Position numbers and translations under genes: made by a program
Assembly (NCBI GenBank): GCA_028023455.1
Contig: JAQFVV010000009.1
Span: forward strand, 17,546,001-17,610,000
DNA from: Epiperipatus broadwayi
Lineage: Eukaryota > Animalia > Onychophora
Length of the DNA stretch: 64,000 nucleotides
Direction: 5' to 3'
In this document: piece after piece, positions 51,143 through 64,000 of the stretch
How the letters are laid out: each line of letters starts with the position of its first letter
Numbering within the stretch: position 1 is the stretch's first letter
Notes under the pieces: generated by a model
What the model saw: only the letters and a program-made list of their open reading frames with translations
Told to the model about the DNA's origin: nothing
Databases searched by the model: none

Positions 51143-52058
51143 CACTATAAACTCATTAACACTCCTTTAACACTTTAAGCAAATAATTTTATTTATTATA
51201 ACAGTTTTGACTGTACTAGCAGTCTTCATCAGATCTACAACATAAAAAATTAGACAAATATTATATCAATACAACCAAAATTATTATTCTTTATATTCTC
51301 ATATAAAATTATAATAAAACAAAATAATATAAAGCAAAAACAACTCAATCCAAAACCTTTCAACCAAAATTTTCCCAAATCTTTTAAAAACACAAAACAT
51401 AAAAACTAAACTATAAAAAATATAATAAAAAAATAATAACAAAAAAAATAATAATAAAATAAAAAATATATAATAAAAAATAAAAATAAAAAATCAATAA
51501 CAAAAAAATTAATAATAAAAATATAAAAATTTCTTTAAAATCATTTTTAAATTATTTTTTAAGATTACAAGCAAATAAATGTATTAAAACAATTCAAATT
51601 TTATCATCAAACCATTAAAAACAAAACCCTTAAAACCCATTAAAACAATCTAAAAATTAATACCAAAAATTATCATTTTTATCATAATTAATTACATATA
51701 TAAGACCAAAAACCCAAAATCAAAAAATTAAAATTAAAAAATAAAAAAAAATTAAAATTAAAAAATAAAAAAAATTAAAAAATAAACTTAAAAATAAAAA
51801 TTTTTTAAATTTAAAAAATTAAAAAAATTAAAAAATCAAAAAACAAAATATTAAAAATCAAAAAACAATAGGCTAAAATCATTCTTTCCCCCTTTTTTAC
51901 ACTCCCATTTATACCCTACTTACTTCATTTTATACCTTCATACCATCCCCTCAATTCCCTTCCTCATATATACTCTAATACTCCCTACCATCTTTACTGA
52001 TTTAACTACCATCTTATAACATTTAATATCAATACAAAACTTAACTATTTTACCTTAA
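51143..52058 (-). mobile_element. 916-bp non-coding insert with HHR-like core (family B) and C-free sense strand
   Basis: 11-bp TSD CTTTTGTATTT (51132-51142, 52059-52069); core CTGATGA-A-GACTG-CTAGTA-CAGTC-AAAAC at 51204-51232; ~58-bp tail. Confidence 0.75.
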
Positions 52059-54259
52059 CTTTTGTATTTGATAGACAGCAAATTTTACAAACAATGTCAA
52101 CTGCATTACTTTGATAACTAAAATCATTCCCAAGTTTAATACAATAGTTATAATTTTTGATGATGATGGCATCTCAGTGTCAATTGATCAGGAGATACAT
52201 TCATATTTAAATTTATTTTATTTAGATTGACTTGATTAAACATTTTGACATTTATATGTTGGATGTTTTGTTTTTTTAATTACCATAATAAAGTTTTGCC
52301 ACACTCAAGTTGCAATTTCAGTTGCATCAAACATCCTACCATGACAATAGCCAGCAAAAAAAAGGCAAGGCAATGCTTGACCACTGTTAAATATTGGCCA
52401 AAATGTAATAGTATTTAGAATTTATTTTTAGTTGTTTCGAAATCCCCCCCTTACCAATATCCCTACCCCCACTGCATGTACGGATCAATTTTATTTATTA
52501 ATTATTTTTATCAAAAATATATTCATCTGGTTTCAACTTTGTGTTAAACATAAAAACAAATAAATACTTCAATGATTGAAATGTCTGGAGGCTTTCAAAA
52601 TTGCAGTGTGCAGCTTAGTGGGAGCATTGAATTCTATATTAATTGAGGTGTTTATATTAAAGTAATTAATTGAAGTTTATGATGTTGTCTTTGAGATTAT
52701 ATGGTAGAATAAATTTTGTTAAGAGAACTACAACCAACGAAAGTAAATTTTATTTTTTAAAATTTAAGTTATAGGAGCTTCTACAAAAATTAATTTTTAC
52801 AACAAACGATGTGTGTAATGTAGTTATTAAATTATTATTGTAACAAATTAATAATACTGGCAGCAATTTTCTAATAAACAACTGTGGGGTAAAAAAATAA
52901 TAAACTTAAAAATTGTCTCATAAATTATTATCTGAATTAAGAGCAATAATCCACTCAAACATTTTACTTTAGAGTTCTCTATTGTCAGAATAATCAATGA
53001 TCATTTGGTAGTAGTATCAACTGCATCCCAGACAGAAAGTTTTGTAAGAACATTGGATTGCCCATAAGCATTCAACAGACATTTCATTTTTTTATATTGG
53101 CCAAGTTAATCCTTTAAAAGATTTTGAATCTAAACTAATTTTTTACACAGTTATATATATATATATATGTCATTAGATTAGCAACTATATATTTTAGTGA
53201 TCTCAGTTGTAAACTGGCTATAGAAATCTTTGATTATTTGGCAAAAAAAATAATATAAACAGAGTATCACATTTCATTCTTGAAAATGGATATGCAATCC
53301 ATTAGTTAAAAATTAGTATCATGATTTGTTTAACACTACAATTTGAGATCTATTAAATACTGACACCTATTGTAATGATAGTGTGGATTGTTGCTCATAA
53401 TACAGATGTTAATGTAAGATGGGCAAATGGTGATGTTTTGATTGGTATATAAATTACCACTAATTTTCAAATGATAATATTTATGCAAACAATCTTGTTT
53501 TAAAATTTCCTTTTTTTTTTTCTAAACAAAAAAATAATTCATTTAAGGCAAGAAGTACTGAAGTAGAAATACCTGCAACTCTGAAGTTGTTTACCTGAAT
53601 ATCTGACATAGAGATGTTCTGGAGTAATATTCCATATGAAATGTAAATTCTAATGATAAATTACTACCAATAATAATCAAGATATCACTTGATTTAGTAT
53701 TATTTGATGTCTAAATATCTAATACAAATTTTTATAACTTTTTTTTTAAATAATGTATCCTATGGAAGTTTTTATATACATTATTAACAGTATAAAAATA
53801 ATCTTTATTTTTTAAATAATCTATTCATAGTCTTTGAAAAATTAATATTAATGAAAAATTTGCAAGTAATATAGCTTGAAAATATATTTATTTTTAATGA
53901 TAGTTTCTCTTTCTTTTCTTTATCTAGTTTTTAATATTAAGTTTGCTTTTTACTATTGAATGATCGCAGTTGTGTGTCTGAATTTTTTATACTTATATTA
54001 TTACAACGTATAGCATATAATTAAATGTGCTATTGTAAGAATTGAATCTTCTCCAAGAATAATAAAGTAATAAATATATATTGTCATACGTTTTTATTCT
54101 TTTTTGTAAATATTTGATATAAGGAATGTTGAAAATTATTAATAATTAAATTTTAAATTGATAATAAACACGTTGACAAATATTTAAAAACTGAAAATTT
54201 ACATGTGCTTTTATTAATTCGAATATCTGTATGTTTCATTAACAACAAAGATAATATTT

Positions 54260-55680
54260 ATTTTTGCTAAATAGAAGTGTGATGTGCATGATGATATATG
54301 TGGTATGACTATTCCTTTATCGAAGTCAGGAATCTCTCATCCAATATGTTCAAGAAAAACCTGTTATCATCTTACCTTTCCTTTTCATTCCCCACTCTAA
54401 GTTTTTCCCATATTTTTATCTATCCTGCTCTGTCCCATTTCCACAATATCATCTTTGTCCACTCCATGACCTTGTATCTAGATTTGCCTTATCTCTTTCC
54501 AACCCCAACATAAAGACCAACAGCTCACTTTCTGTATAATCACTTAGTTAATATTTATTCTCCTACAACTTCATTATTTGTAACTTTCTGCTTGTAAGCA
54601 TTTACATTCTATTAGCAAATGCTAATATTTATTACACCTTTCTCACATAATCTTCAGCCTAAATCACCCACATTTCTCCATTATTGTTGCTAGTGATCCT
54701 CTTCAAACCTTAAATAGTAAAAACTCACATCCAATATTCTGTTTACTTCTATATATATTTAAGCTCTTTATTTTCCCATCTCTCCAACTCCCTATTTTTT
54801 TATTAATATATCTAGTCTTCTATCTCTGTTTTTGCTCTATAATACTCAACAATCCTCCTAGCACAAGTATATTGACATAAAATCTTTACCCAAATCTTGT
54901 GCATACTGTATTACTTTTCACATATTTTTGCCTATCCCTTATTTGTAATTCAATTAAATACTATTTCACATATTCTCATACTATTCATAAATTGCAACAT
55001 TTTCATTTGACTTTTTTCATCTCTCATATAACAACTTGACCATTCCATTTCTACTTGAATTACCTCCTTTGCTATCTACACATCTGCATCGAATGCATGT
55101 ATTCCTATTTGTACTTTTTCCAAGTAGTCTAACATTCCTTTACTAATACAATGCATTGTTACCATAGGTTAACCCTGCTATACAATTCTTGCTATATCAT
55201 ATTTATTATATGAAAATATTGTTAATTTCTTTATCAGTCCCTTTCTTTTCCTTGCTTCATTTATCAATCTTTTTCCCATTCCTCCAAGCAATTACTTAAG
55301 ACAATCCCAAATAATTGTACCTATTCACCTGACATTTAATTTTATACCCCCAAGAAAACCTCTTTCTCTTCTCTTTCCCCAGCATTACCCATCACTACTT
55401 TTTATTTTTCTTCACTATATTTGATCCCCATCTCTTTACCTATGCACAAATCTTCAGCACAACTTCTATAATTTACTTTCTGCGCATAAGAAAATATCAG
55501 CCAAATAAAAAGCTTGATAATGTATACTCTCTCTTATTCATCTATTAATGGAATCTCTACCCTCTTCCTAATCTTTCTATTGCCATTTCCATTTCTCTCA
55601 AATATAATAAAAACAAAATAGGTGACGTAAGGTATTCTTGCCTTAGTCCCACTTCATTTTTAACTTGATTCTATATTTCC
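54260..55680 (-). mobile_element. Non-LTR RT remnant
   Basis: GLRQEYLTSPILFLLYL and downstream degenerate LF.AD.I motif; many stops. Confidence 0.55.
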
Positions 55681-56191
55681 TAGTTGATACATATAATAAT
55701 TATAAGTTCATACAATGACAACTATCACCGCACAATAAAAATTCTCATGTGAAGCAGCTTTAGTACTTTTTTTTATTAAATGGTGAAAAGAAAAAAAAAA
55801 GAAATGAAAATATTTTCAAGAAAAAAAAAATTAAATCAGTGTGCATGAATAAAATTTTACATTTTATAAGCCAATAAATCATAAAATTTAAAGAAATTTA
55901 ATAGTTTTATTAAAATATATCTCTAATTTAATACATGTTTTTCAATTTGATTTTACAGGATTAACTTTACTCAATTCAGCACAGTAGTAAATGTGATTTG
56001 TAGTGAACTTCAGCATTAGAAAAGCATGCTGAAATTTGTGAATGAAAGTACTTTAATAAAATGGTACTTGTGGTTATTATTGACAATACCAGCTGAGTAC
56101 ACATTGGTAAAAATTAATATAGTAAAACTTAACACAAAAATTTAAAATTAATAATATGAGTTTATTAAAACAAATAAGTATTAGTAGAAGG

Positions 56192-59100
56192 CAGGGCCAC
56201 CAAAATGATTATTAAATTCCAGAACAAGACTAATATGGCCTTCCTCATATACACATGGACATAAATCATTAATATCATAATTGTACATTTATTAATTACA
56301 TTCAAACATACTTGTAAATATATTAAAAAGAGTACAGGTATTTCTGTAAAAGATAATAAAAACAATAATACATATTAGTATATAAACAATTATGAAATAA
56401 TATACAGAAGCAATGAATTTAATACTAGATTATTACAAGCTCATAACAGCTATTATAGTTGAGATGTAATGGCATGTATATTCTGCTATAGAAAGGTGCT
56501 TTCCTACTTCTTTTCCTGGCAAAATTGTGAATCCCATCATCAAAATTAATTCCTGAATCTTGCCAAATCTTACCAGTTGCCCTTGTGACATAGTAGATCT
56601 TAGATAATTTATCAGCTTTAGTTTGCTGAATGAGCACTCTGCAAAGGTGAGAGTGACAGAAATTGTTAACAGAATCTGAAGGCAGATACATATATGTGGA
56701 AGGAATCCTTCCAGCTTGTATCTTTTCAAGAAATTCAGTAGCTCCAATGGACTCAATTGGCCCTCTCCAAAATTTGCTTGATGAACAGATGGAAAATCAC
56801 TTATCTCCATTACAAGATCTTCACTGATATCAACAGGATATTGCTGTGCTAGTGATTTTGATTTTTCTTTCAGTACATCTTGAGGAATTGATAAGTACTT
56901 CCAAAGGAAGCTGAACTTCTCAGAAATGTTCACTGCATCATTGAAATGAACAGTCAATCCACCAATAATATTATCCAATATTACATAGAATACAGACTTT
57001 CTGAAATCTCCTTCCTCGTGGAATTCATCCCATTTCATATTGTTTTGACAAATCTGCTTCTTGGAACCTCTTTCTTTTGCATTTTTCTTTACTCAAGTTC
57101 CAGAGAGTTTTACTTCTATACATAAATTAGAAGCAACATGATTAGCTTTGCTCCACATACATTTATAGCTGTTCCAAAGATTTGTCATTTCTGAAATTAA
57201 ACTTTTTAAATTGAACACTTCAACATCCAGTATTGCATTTCTGGACTGAATAACCATGTTACAGATATCAACTGGAACTAATACTCTGTACCATTTATCA
57301 GACATTATCACACAAATGAAGGATGTGACATATGAAAAGCTCCATTAATCTCTATTCTTGTTTTGGCAGTTAGGTTCGACTCCAAGAGGTTTTCTTATGC
57401 TAATTTGATGCCTGTAAGATGAGCTAGCAAATTATTCATTTCTCTTAAGCATTAAATGGCTGGAAAGTGAGGAGTCTGTGAACATTGAGTGGCCCTTAAC
57501 TGGTATCTTGTTAAAACTGTAAGCTTTCGAATGATAAGACATTTTAAAAGTTAATACTTTGCAAAATAGAAAAACAAATCGTGTGTTAGACATCCCATGA
57601 AGAGAAGAGCTAATACCCTTCTGAAAAATGTACCATCACTGTGGACTAGAACTAAACAAGTTATAAGCAGTTTTTACAATTCCAAAGTATGTTATGGCTT
57701 CAGGCATGCATTCTGAAGCAGCATTTCCACACAAATTACAGGGGTGACATCCACATGATGAAAATAAAGCTGTTTCACATTGCTCAAGTATTCTTGCTTG
57801 AGCACTTTCATATTTTTCTGCTATATTGGCTGCATTGTCATAGCCCTATGCATGACAATTTAAAAGTGGTATATCATGTTCTTTCAACATTTCTATTGTC
57901 ATCTGTGCTATGTCTTATCCTGTTTTATGTCTGGTATCAACAAATTTTAAAAATCTTCAATTTTATACTGTTTTTCATATGGTATTATAATGCAAAATAA
58001 ATGCTGTTTGTTCAATATGGGATGAATCTGGCATAGAATCTACAATAACAGCAAAATACTTTGCAGTTTTCATGACCTCCAACATGTGTTGCTTTACAAA
58101 TGAGGAACATTCAGCAATTAACTAATTTTGAAAATTTGGCACTGAAATTATGTACTTGAAATCATTCTCCCTTTTATTGCAATTCTTTATCTTGCAACAT
58201 TTTCTTTTAGAATTGGATCACAATGAGACAACAACTCTATGACTCCCAGAAACCCAATGCGCTGGGAACTGAAATGCAAAGCAAGCCCCCTTTCACCAAG
58301 GAATAGTACAGCATCAATGATTCATTTCATAATGTTGTGCCCCTTGACATTCTGTTTCAATTTGTTCCTCCAATAGACAGTCAATGCCTTTGTCAGATGG
58401 CAGGCATTTTTCTAGTTCTCAGTAAGCCAGATAGCATTATCTATGATTATTGCTTCTCTCATGTTCTGAGATGCAAATACATAAATTTCATCACTTTTTC
58501 GCTACTGACCATCCTTTTGTTGATGCAAGCATAGACTTAGATGCTAAGCTAATGTTGCAACAAATCTTGTTCCAAAATAAGTGACAAAGAAAGCAAAATA
58601 ATGCTTGTTTAACATCATTTGAGACAAACCAATCTTGATAATGTTTTTCACCAGTTAAGCTTCAAAATGTTAGAATACTTTTGGGGAAAACCTGGTAATC
58701 TATATCTTTAGTAAATGTTTCAGGAAAGCTAGTATGACCTTTAATAACCTAATTTTCTATCTCCAATTGAGAAGGCATCTCTATTATAAGAAGTCCAATA
58801 TCAATTCCAGTATTTGAGCTACTCTTCTTTTCACTACGTCTGTCATGTCCAGATTCTGTAGACAGTGAAATACTCTCATCACTAACATTCAATTGTTTCT
58901 CTAAATCTTTAAATTGATAATTTACTTGCTCTAATGTTTCTTGAAAAACCAAACTGATCTCATATGATTCTGATCTTTGTTTCAGTTCTGCACTTGTCTC
59001 ATATTGTTCTGAATTTAAAGTTTTATTTTGGTTAGTTTTGTTGCTTTGCATTTATTGCCAAATTTATTTGTCACCTCTTTTTATTAATCTCATCAAGAAT

Positions 59101-59467
59101 CTGTTTTTCTTTGCATTTTTGAACTCCAGATTTTTGAGATGACATTTCAGAACCATTCGTAAACTGAAATGAAATATAAAATATATTCATCAATAAAATG
59201 AAATTAAACTTGCAAATTTAAATAAATAAATAATAAAATTAAAATTCAATAAATTACATAAATAACTATTATCTGAATGTTCAGATTAATAAAGGTTATG
59301 TCATACAAAGCTGCAAGGCAGTTTTGCTGTACACACAAAAGAGTATGAAGTATATATACCATATTGTTTTTTCTGGTTTTGTAAAAAATTTCCTCTTCGT
59401 TGGCCCCCTTTGAACTCTATGGACCCTGGAACAATGTACAGGCTGCATTTCTCTCCCATCAGGCCTG
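56192..59467 (-). mobile_element. hAT DNA transposon (ZMYM1-like transposase), decayed, 3276 bp
   Basis: CAGG...CCTG termini; 8-bp TSD GTAGAAGG/ATAGAAGG (56184-56191, 59468-59475); empty site at 63848-63855. Confidence 0.88.
56433..57038 (-). pseudogene. hAT transposase C-terminal dimerisation region
   Basis: SPLELLNFL...PHICICLQILLTISVT..FAECSFSKLKLINYLRSTMSQ matches the hATC ERSFSKLKLIKNYLRSTM motif. Confidence 0.85.
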
Positions 59468-59899
59468 ATAGAAGGCATTTGATACATTGACTACTAATCT
59501 TCAATGAATAAAACAATTTTTATATATAGACTTATTCTTCTTAAGGCGTGACTTAAGATTCTTCATACACATGCTTAGTTTACATTGTAAGTATTTGTGT
59601 GTACTTCCTTTTTTGTTTTTCTACTCACACACAGAAAGAGCAGATTATTGCAGTCATATTACTCATGTAATTGCATAACTTAGCATATATTAGTTTAATG
59701 AGAATTTAAATGCATGCTTATCTAAGTTTTGGGAAAAATGTATATGCTTCTTGTCTGACTATAATTACAACAAAATTATATGAACTTTATTTACAAAACC
59801 AATAAAACATACATATGTGTGTGCACACACAGTGCTATAATTAATCAGACAGTTCACTCTAAAAAATAGTCGTTTAATTTCTTTCTGTTTAGACAGTTC

Positions 59900-62800
59900 T
59901 GAATTGAGTAAATTCACTACTGGTACTACTGTTGATTGAAAATGATATCTATTTCATTATTATTTGATGTTTCTTCATCTCATGCCTCTAATGATGTGTC
60001 TGTCAGCACAAACATTCTCTTTTACTGGAATAACCATTTCTATTAACTGGGATCTTATTCTTATATTTACTGGTTATAATGTCTCATTCTGATAATTTCT
60101 CAGATTGACATGTCTGATAAATTTATTTCTATTGGCCAACTGTATGAATCTCAATTGTTTTGATAGAACTTTCAAACTCCAGGCAGCCATTTTTTACTTA
60201 GAATATCTCATAACCACATAATATCTCTCACATTAAATTTTAAGCTGTTGAAATGTTTTTCTCCTGTCATGCTCTTATTTGGTATTGATAAAGAGACTTG
60301 TATACAACACTTCTATTGCATTAACATTTCAGCATTGTTTTTTAGTAGACATATTTGGTTTAAAATGATGGTAAAACATGGCAGTCATTATTTCATTTAT
60401 ATCCTTAGGTTTTATTTAGCATTGATTTTAGATGTTGTTCTACCTTTTCAGCTTAACTGTTAGACTCATGTCATGATATGGTGGTGTTAATATGTGTTAA
60501 ATCCTCTATTGTCCTAAAGTCTTTTAACTGCAATGCTATAAAACTGCTCTGTTATCAAATTTGATAGTTTCAGGATATTTGTAACATGTGAACTATTTGT
60601 TTAAACTCTAAAGGTATTCTCTGCACTTGTGTTTTAACCATTTCGTATTCAATCAATTTAGAACATGAATCAATCATAATCAGGAGAATATATTTGTTAA
60701 ATGGTCTAGCATGATCTAGGTGTAGCCTCTACCAAAGTTAAGTGGCTTGTGGCCAAAGTTCTAACTTTTTCAAAGATAAATTGGCTATGGAATGTGAATC
60801 ATTTGTTCAATCTCATGGCTCAAGATGGACCAACAGACACGTGATCATGCTAATCCTTTCTGTATGATTCTGAAATGTCTTTATGTCATCTGTCATTAAA
60901 AGATGATTGCTGCTCATTGATAGGTTTTAGTGTATGCTTCATACAAGTTCTAAAACATAGTTAAGTCAACTTCCTAGCCATCCATCTTTAATCCATTTCT
61001 TTAGTATTTGATATTCAGAATCATCTTTAGTCCATTTTGCTATTATAGCACTATTTAATGCATTTGACTTTATTGAGTTTATATAGTTTATTGCCATGAT
61101 TTTATTCTTGAATTTGTGCATATCTAATAATTTTGATAATGCATCTGCATGACCTGTTTTTCTGCCTGGCTTATAAATGAGTTCAAAGTTACATGATGCT
61201 GAAATATTAATCCAGCAGATCATTCTTTGACTAGCATGATCAGGAATCTTCTTTAGGTTTTGCAAAATTTCCTATGTTGATGATCCATATAGATCTTAAA
61301 CTCATGTCCATAAACATATTGATGACATTTTTACATAACAAAAACAATTGCTAATGCTTCATTATCCAGATGGTTATAGTTTTTCCTTTCACAGTCAATG
61401 TTCTAGAGCCATATGGGTTGGATGTTTACCCTCGTAGCAGTGATGTGATATAACAGCCCTTATACTATATTCTGAAGCATTTGTTGTAACTATTACTTCT
61501 TGATTATTGCAGTAGTGAACAAGTTGTCTAAGGTTAGTAATATCTTAATATTCTTGAATGCTTTACCCATGCTCTGCTCCTCATTTCTATCACTGCTTCT
61601 TTTTTAACAATTGATATAATAGTATTAATACATTGATTTGCCTTTCAGAAAACTCTCAAAGAAATTAAGTAATCCCCAATCTAATGTTTAGCAGAATTTC
61701 TAGATAGATTTTCACTTTTTTTGTTTATGTATTTGCCTCTATTGTTTATGATGTGTCCCAGAAATTTGATTTTATGGGTTTGGGTATTTGCCTCTATTGT
61801 TTATGATATATCCCAGAAATTTGATTTTAGTAGTAGGCCAAATGCAGTTCAAAGTGTTTAATTTTGCATCAACTTTTTATAGTTTAGCGCAAACTTTATA
61901 CATATGTGCTGATAATTTACTCTCTGCTTCAGCAGTTATTAAGATATAGTCAAAGTAAAGAATAACTCCTTCCATTCACTGCACCAGATTATTCATTTTT
62001 ATATGTAACACATTTGGTGCTATTGTTCATCCAAATGGTAATTTATTGCAATTAAATAATCACTTATGGGTGTTAATGATCAAAAGTTTAGTTATTCTTA
62101 TCATTATGGAAATGTGATGACATGCAAACTTTAAATTGATTTTAGAAAAATACTTCACTTTCTGTAAGAAGTTAAGATCTCATGAGCACTAGGTACAGAA
62201 TAATATCCTTTATTAATGTACTTGTTCAGTGTTATATAATAGTGGCCTCATAGATAAATGATTCAATCCAGCTGTACAATTACCATAATTGGTGTTACCC
62301 ATAATGACTCTTTAATAGGTGAAAGAATGCCTCTTTTAACCAAATCTTGGAATTGTTTATTTCACTTTCGACTTTAAGGCAAATGGAATCTTCTATGGTC
62401 TATATGCAACTGGATGAATACCTTTCACTAGTTCAGTGTTGATAGACTATATGTTTAACTCTGATGGACCGACAGATGTGGAAATTTTTCTGCAATTTCT
62501 TCCAACTGCATACTTTTTATTATGTTAATCCAATTTCTGTCCATTATTGGCCTTAAATTTCTTTTCACTATGTAAAGATGCAGATGTTTAACTCACAAAT
62601 TAACTTTAATTGGTATAGTTGCTGCTTCATGTATTACTGGCCTGTTTCCATTTATGTCTGATACTACTACATCAGTTTTCTATAGTATTATATTTTTTTA
62701 TTATTCTTTATAATATTTGTCCAATCATTTTGTAACATTAGAGACAATCCTGATTATCTGTCTATTTCCATCTTAACTTTTTGTTCAAAGATGTGAATGT

Positions 62801-63560
62801 CCAACATAATATGGCTATTATCCACATCATTTGTCTTGTTAATACCACAATCTCTTTTACTTATCCCTCACTTTGATTTAGATTCCAGACATAGCTCATT
62901 TTTAGTTTTCTTTAGAAAAACATGTGATAAACGTGCTATTTTTTCACAAACATGGCCTTGTTATCTTTAAATGATTATTCTTACCACAGAAATAACAAAT
63001 CCAAGCATTGGCTATATTTCTGCAGTTTGAATTTTCAGCTTCCATTTTATTTGCAATCATTGGGAATTTTCTTTATGTCTGTATTGTTTTGAATTCTGTG
63101 GTATTTTCTAATATCACTTTGTAAAATAAATATTTTTTCTATTGCACGTTTATATGTTAGATCATGTTAACTCAACAGGTCTTGTCTGAGCTTAGTGAAA
63201 GGTATTCTCCATAATAATTGGTCAAGCAACATGTCATCCAGCTTAGTTCTAAAGTTGCTCTCTTAAGTTAGTGTTTATAATTCCATGTTGTGATCTTGAA
63301 TTTTCTCATGGGTTGCATGATTTCTGTTTCTAAATCTGAGATGTGCCACAATATTGCAGGTTTAAAATACATAATTAACTTTTTTAAAAATTCTTAATAA
63401 GGTACTTCTTCAGAAACTTTCAGTTTGCAGAGTCAGTTGGCTACTTGTAATACTTCTTTAAGTATTTACCAGACCTTCACATTAATGTTGCTACTTTTAT
63501 TTTGTCATTCACAATATTGTTGATGAGCATGTATAAAGATACTTCATGTAGATTTGCCAA
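59900..63560 (-). mobile_element. Decayed Ty3/gypsy element (Mag-like)
   Basis: gag-like KLDDMLLDQL near 63230, RT/RNase H remnants, FELIYKPGRKTGHADALSKL (ORF 60966-61265), integrase RLHLDHARPF near 60720; ~55-bp tandem duplication near 61727-61830; LTRs not found. Confidence 0.75.
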
Positions 63561-63719
63561 TGCACTACATTATTAATATCATATTCACTAATGGAACTAT
63601 TTTGTAGTGCTATTATCCTTCTTTGTTAATCAGCTATGGTGTTCTATGCCTAAACAACTTTTTTTTCACTTTCATTATAGTTTTCTTGAAATGTCAGTTG
63701 TGCCTGTCCGCTATATATT

Positions 63720-64000
63720 CTGGGGTATTATTGACAATATACGAGCTGAATATGCATCAGTAAAAATTAATATAGTTAAATTCAACATAAAAATTTAAAT
63801 TTAAAAAGTATGAATTTATTAACTTGAGAGGAAATAAATAGGTATTAGTAGAAGGAATTCAATACATTGATTAATCTTCTTAACAATGAAAAAGGCTGGG
63901 TACAGATTTATTCTTCTTAAGGTGTGACTTAAGCTTCTTCGCACTCTTAATATACATTGTATTTGTGTGTACTTCCTTTTCTGTTTCTCTTTTCACATAC
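63720..64000. repeat. Uninterrupted copy of the repeat that hosts the hAT insertion
   Basis: Matches 56070-56191 joined to 59476-59640. Confidence 0.85.

Noticed and set aside
51241-52058. Mitochondrial insertion (NUMT) as explanation of the strand skew
   Set aside because: No recognisable mitochondrial gene or rRNA motif; region is bounded by a TSD and linked to an HHR core.
1-64000. CRISPR arrays, intact tRNA or rRNA genes
   Set aside because: None seen; repeats lack the repeat-spacer pattern and the only tRNA-like segment is degenerate.

Overview
AT-rich eukaryotic window, probably insect (inferred from composition and TE families; species not determinable). The only supported host gene is the 5' part of a DSTYK-like kinase on the minus strand: exon 1 CDS at 22704-22827, a 21.9-kb intron, and exon 2 at 278-786, with matching splice phases. 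The rest is layered transposon sequence. It includes a near-intact Penelope-like element (PLE; RT plus GIY-YIG), a two-LTR Ty3/gypsy element with a 4-bp TSD, and two more decayed gypsy elements. There are also two hAT-type transposase relics, a Helitron-like insert with telomere-like repeats, and several LINE remnants. The most unusual feature is a dense set of hammerhead-ribozyme (HHR) motifs from several sequence families. One is an A3:U8 core variant at the 3' end of the coding PLE. Another occurs once per unit in a 376-bp tandem array resembling a retrozyme. Four small TSD-flanked non-coding inserts carry HHR cores, and two of them have an almost cytosine-free sense strand. All structures were read by eye; no folding, alignment or database search was run.
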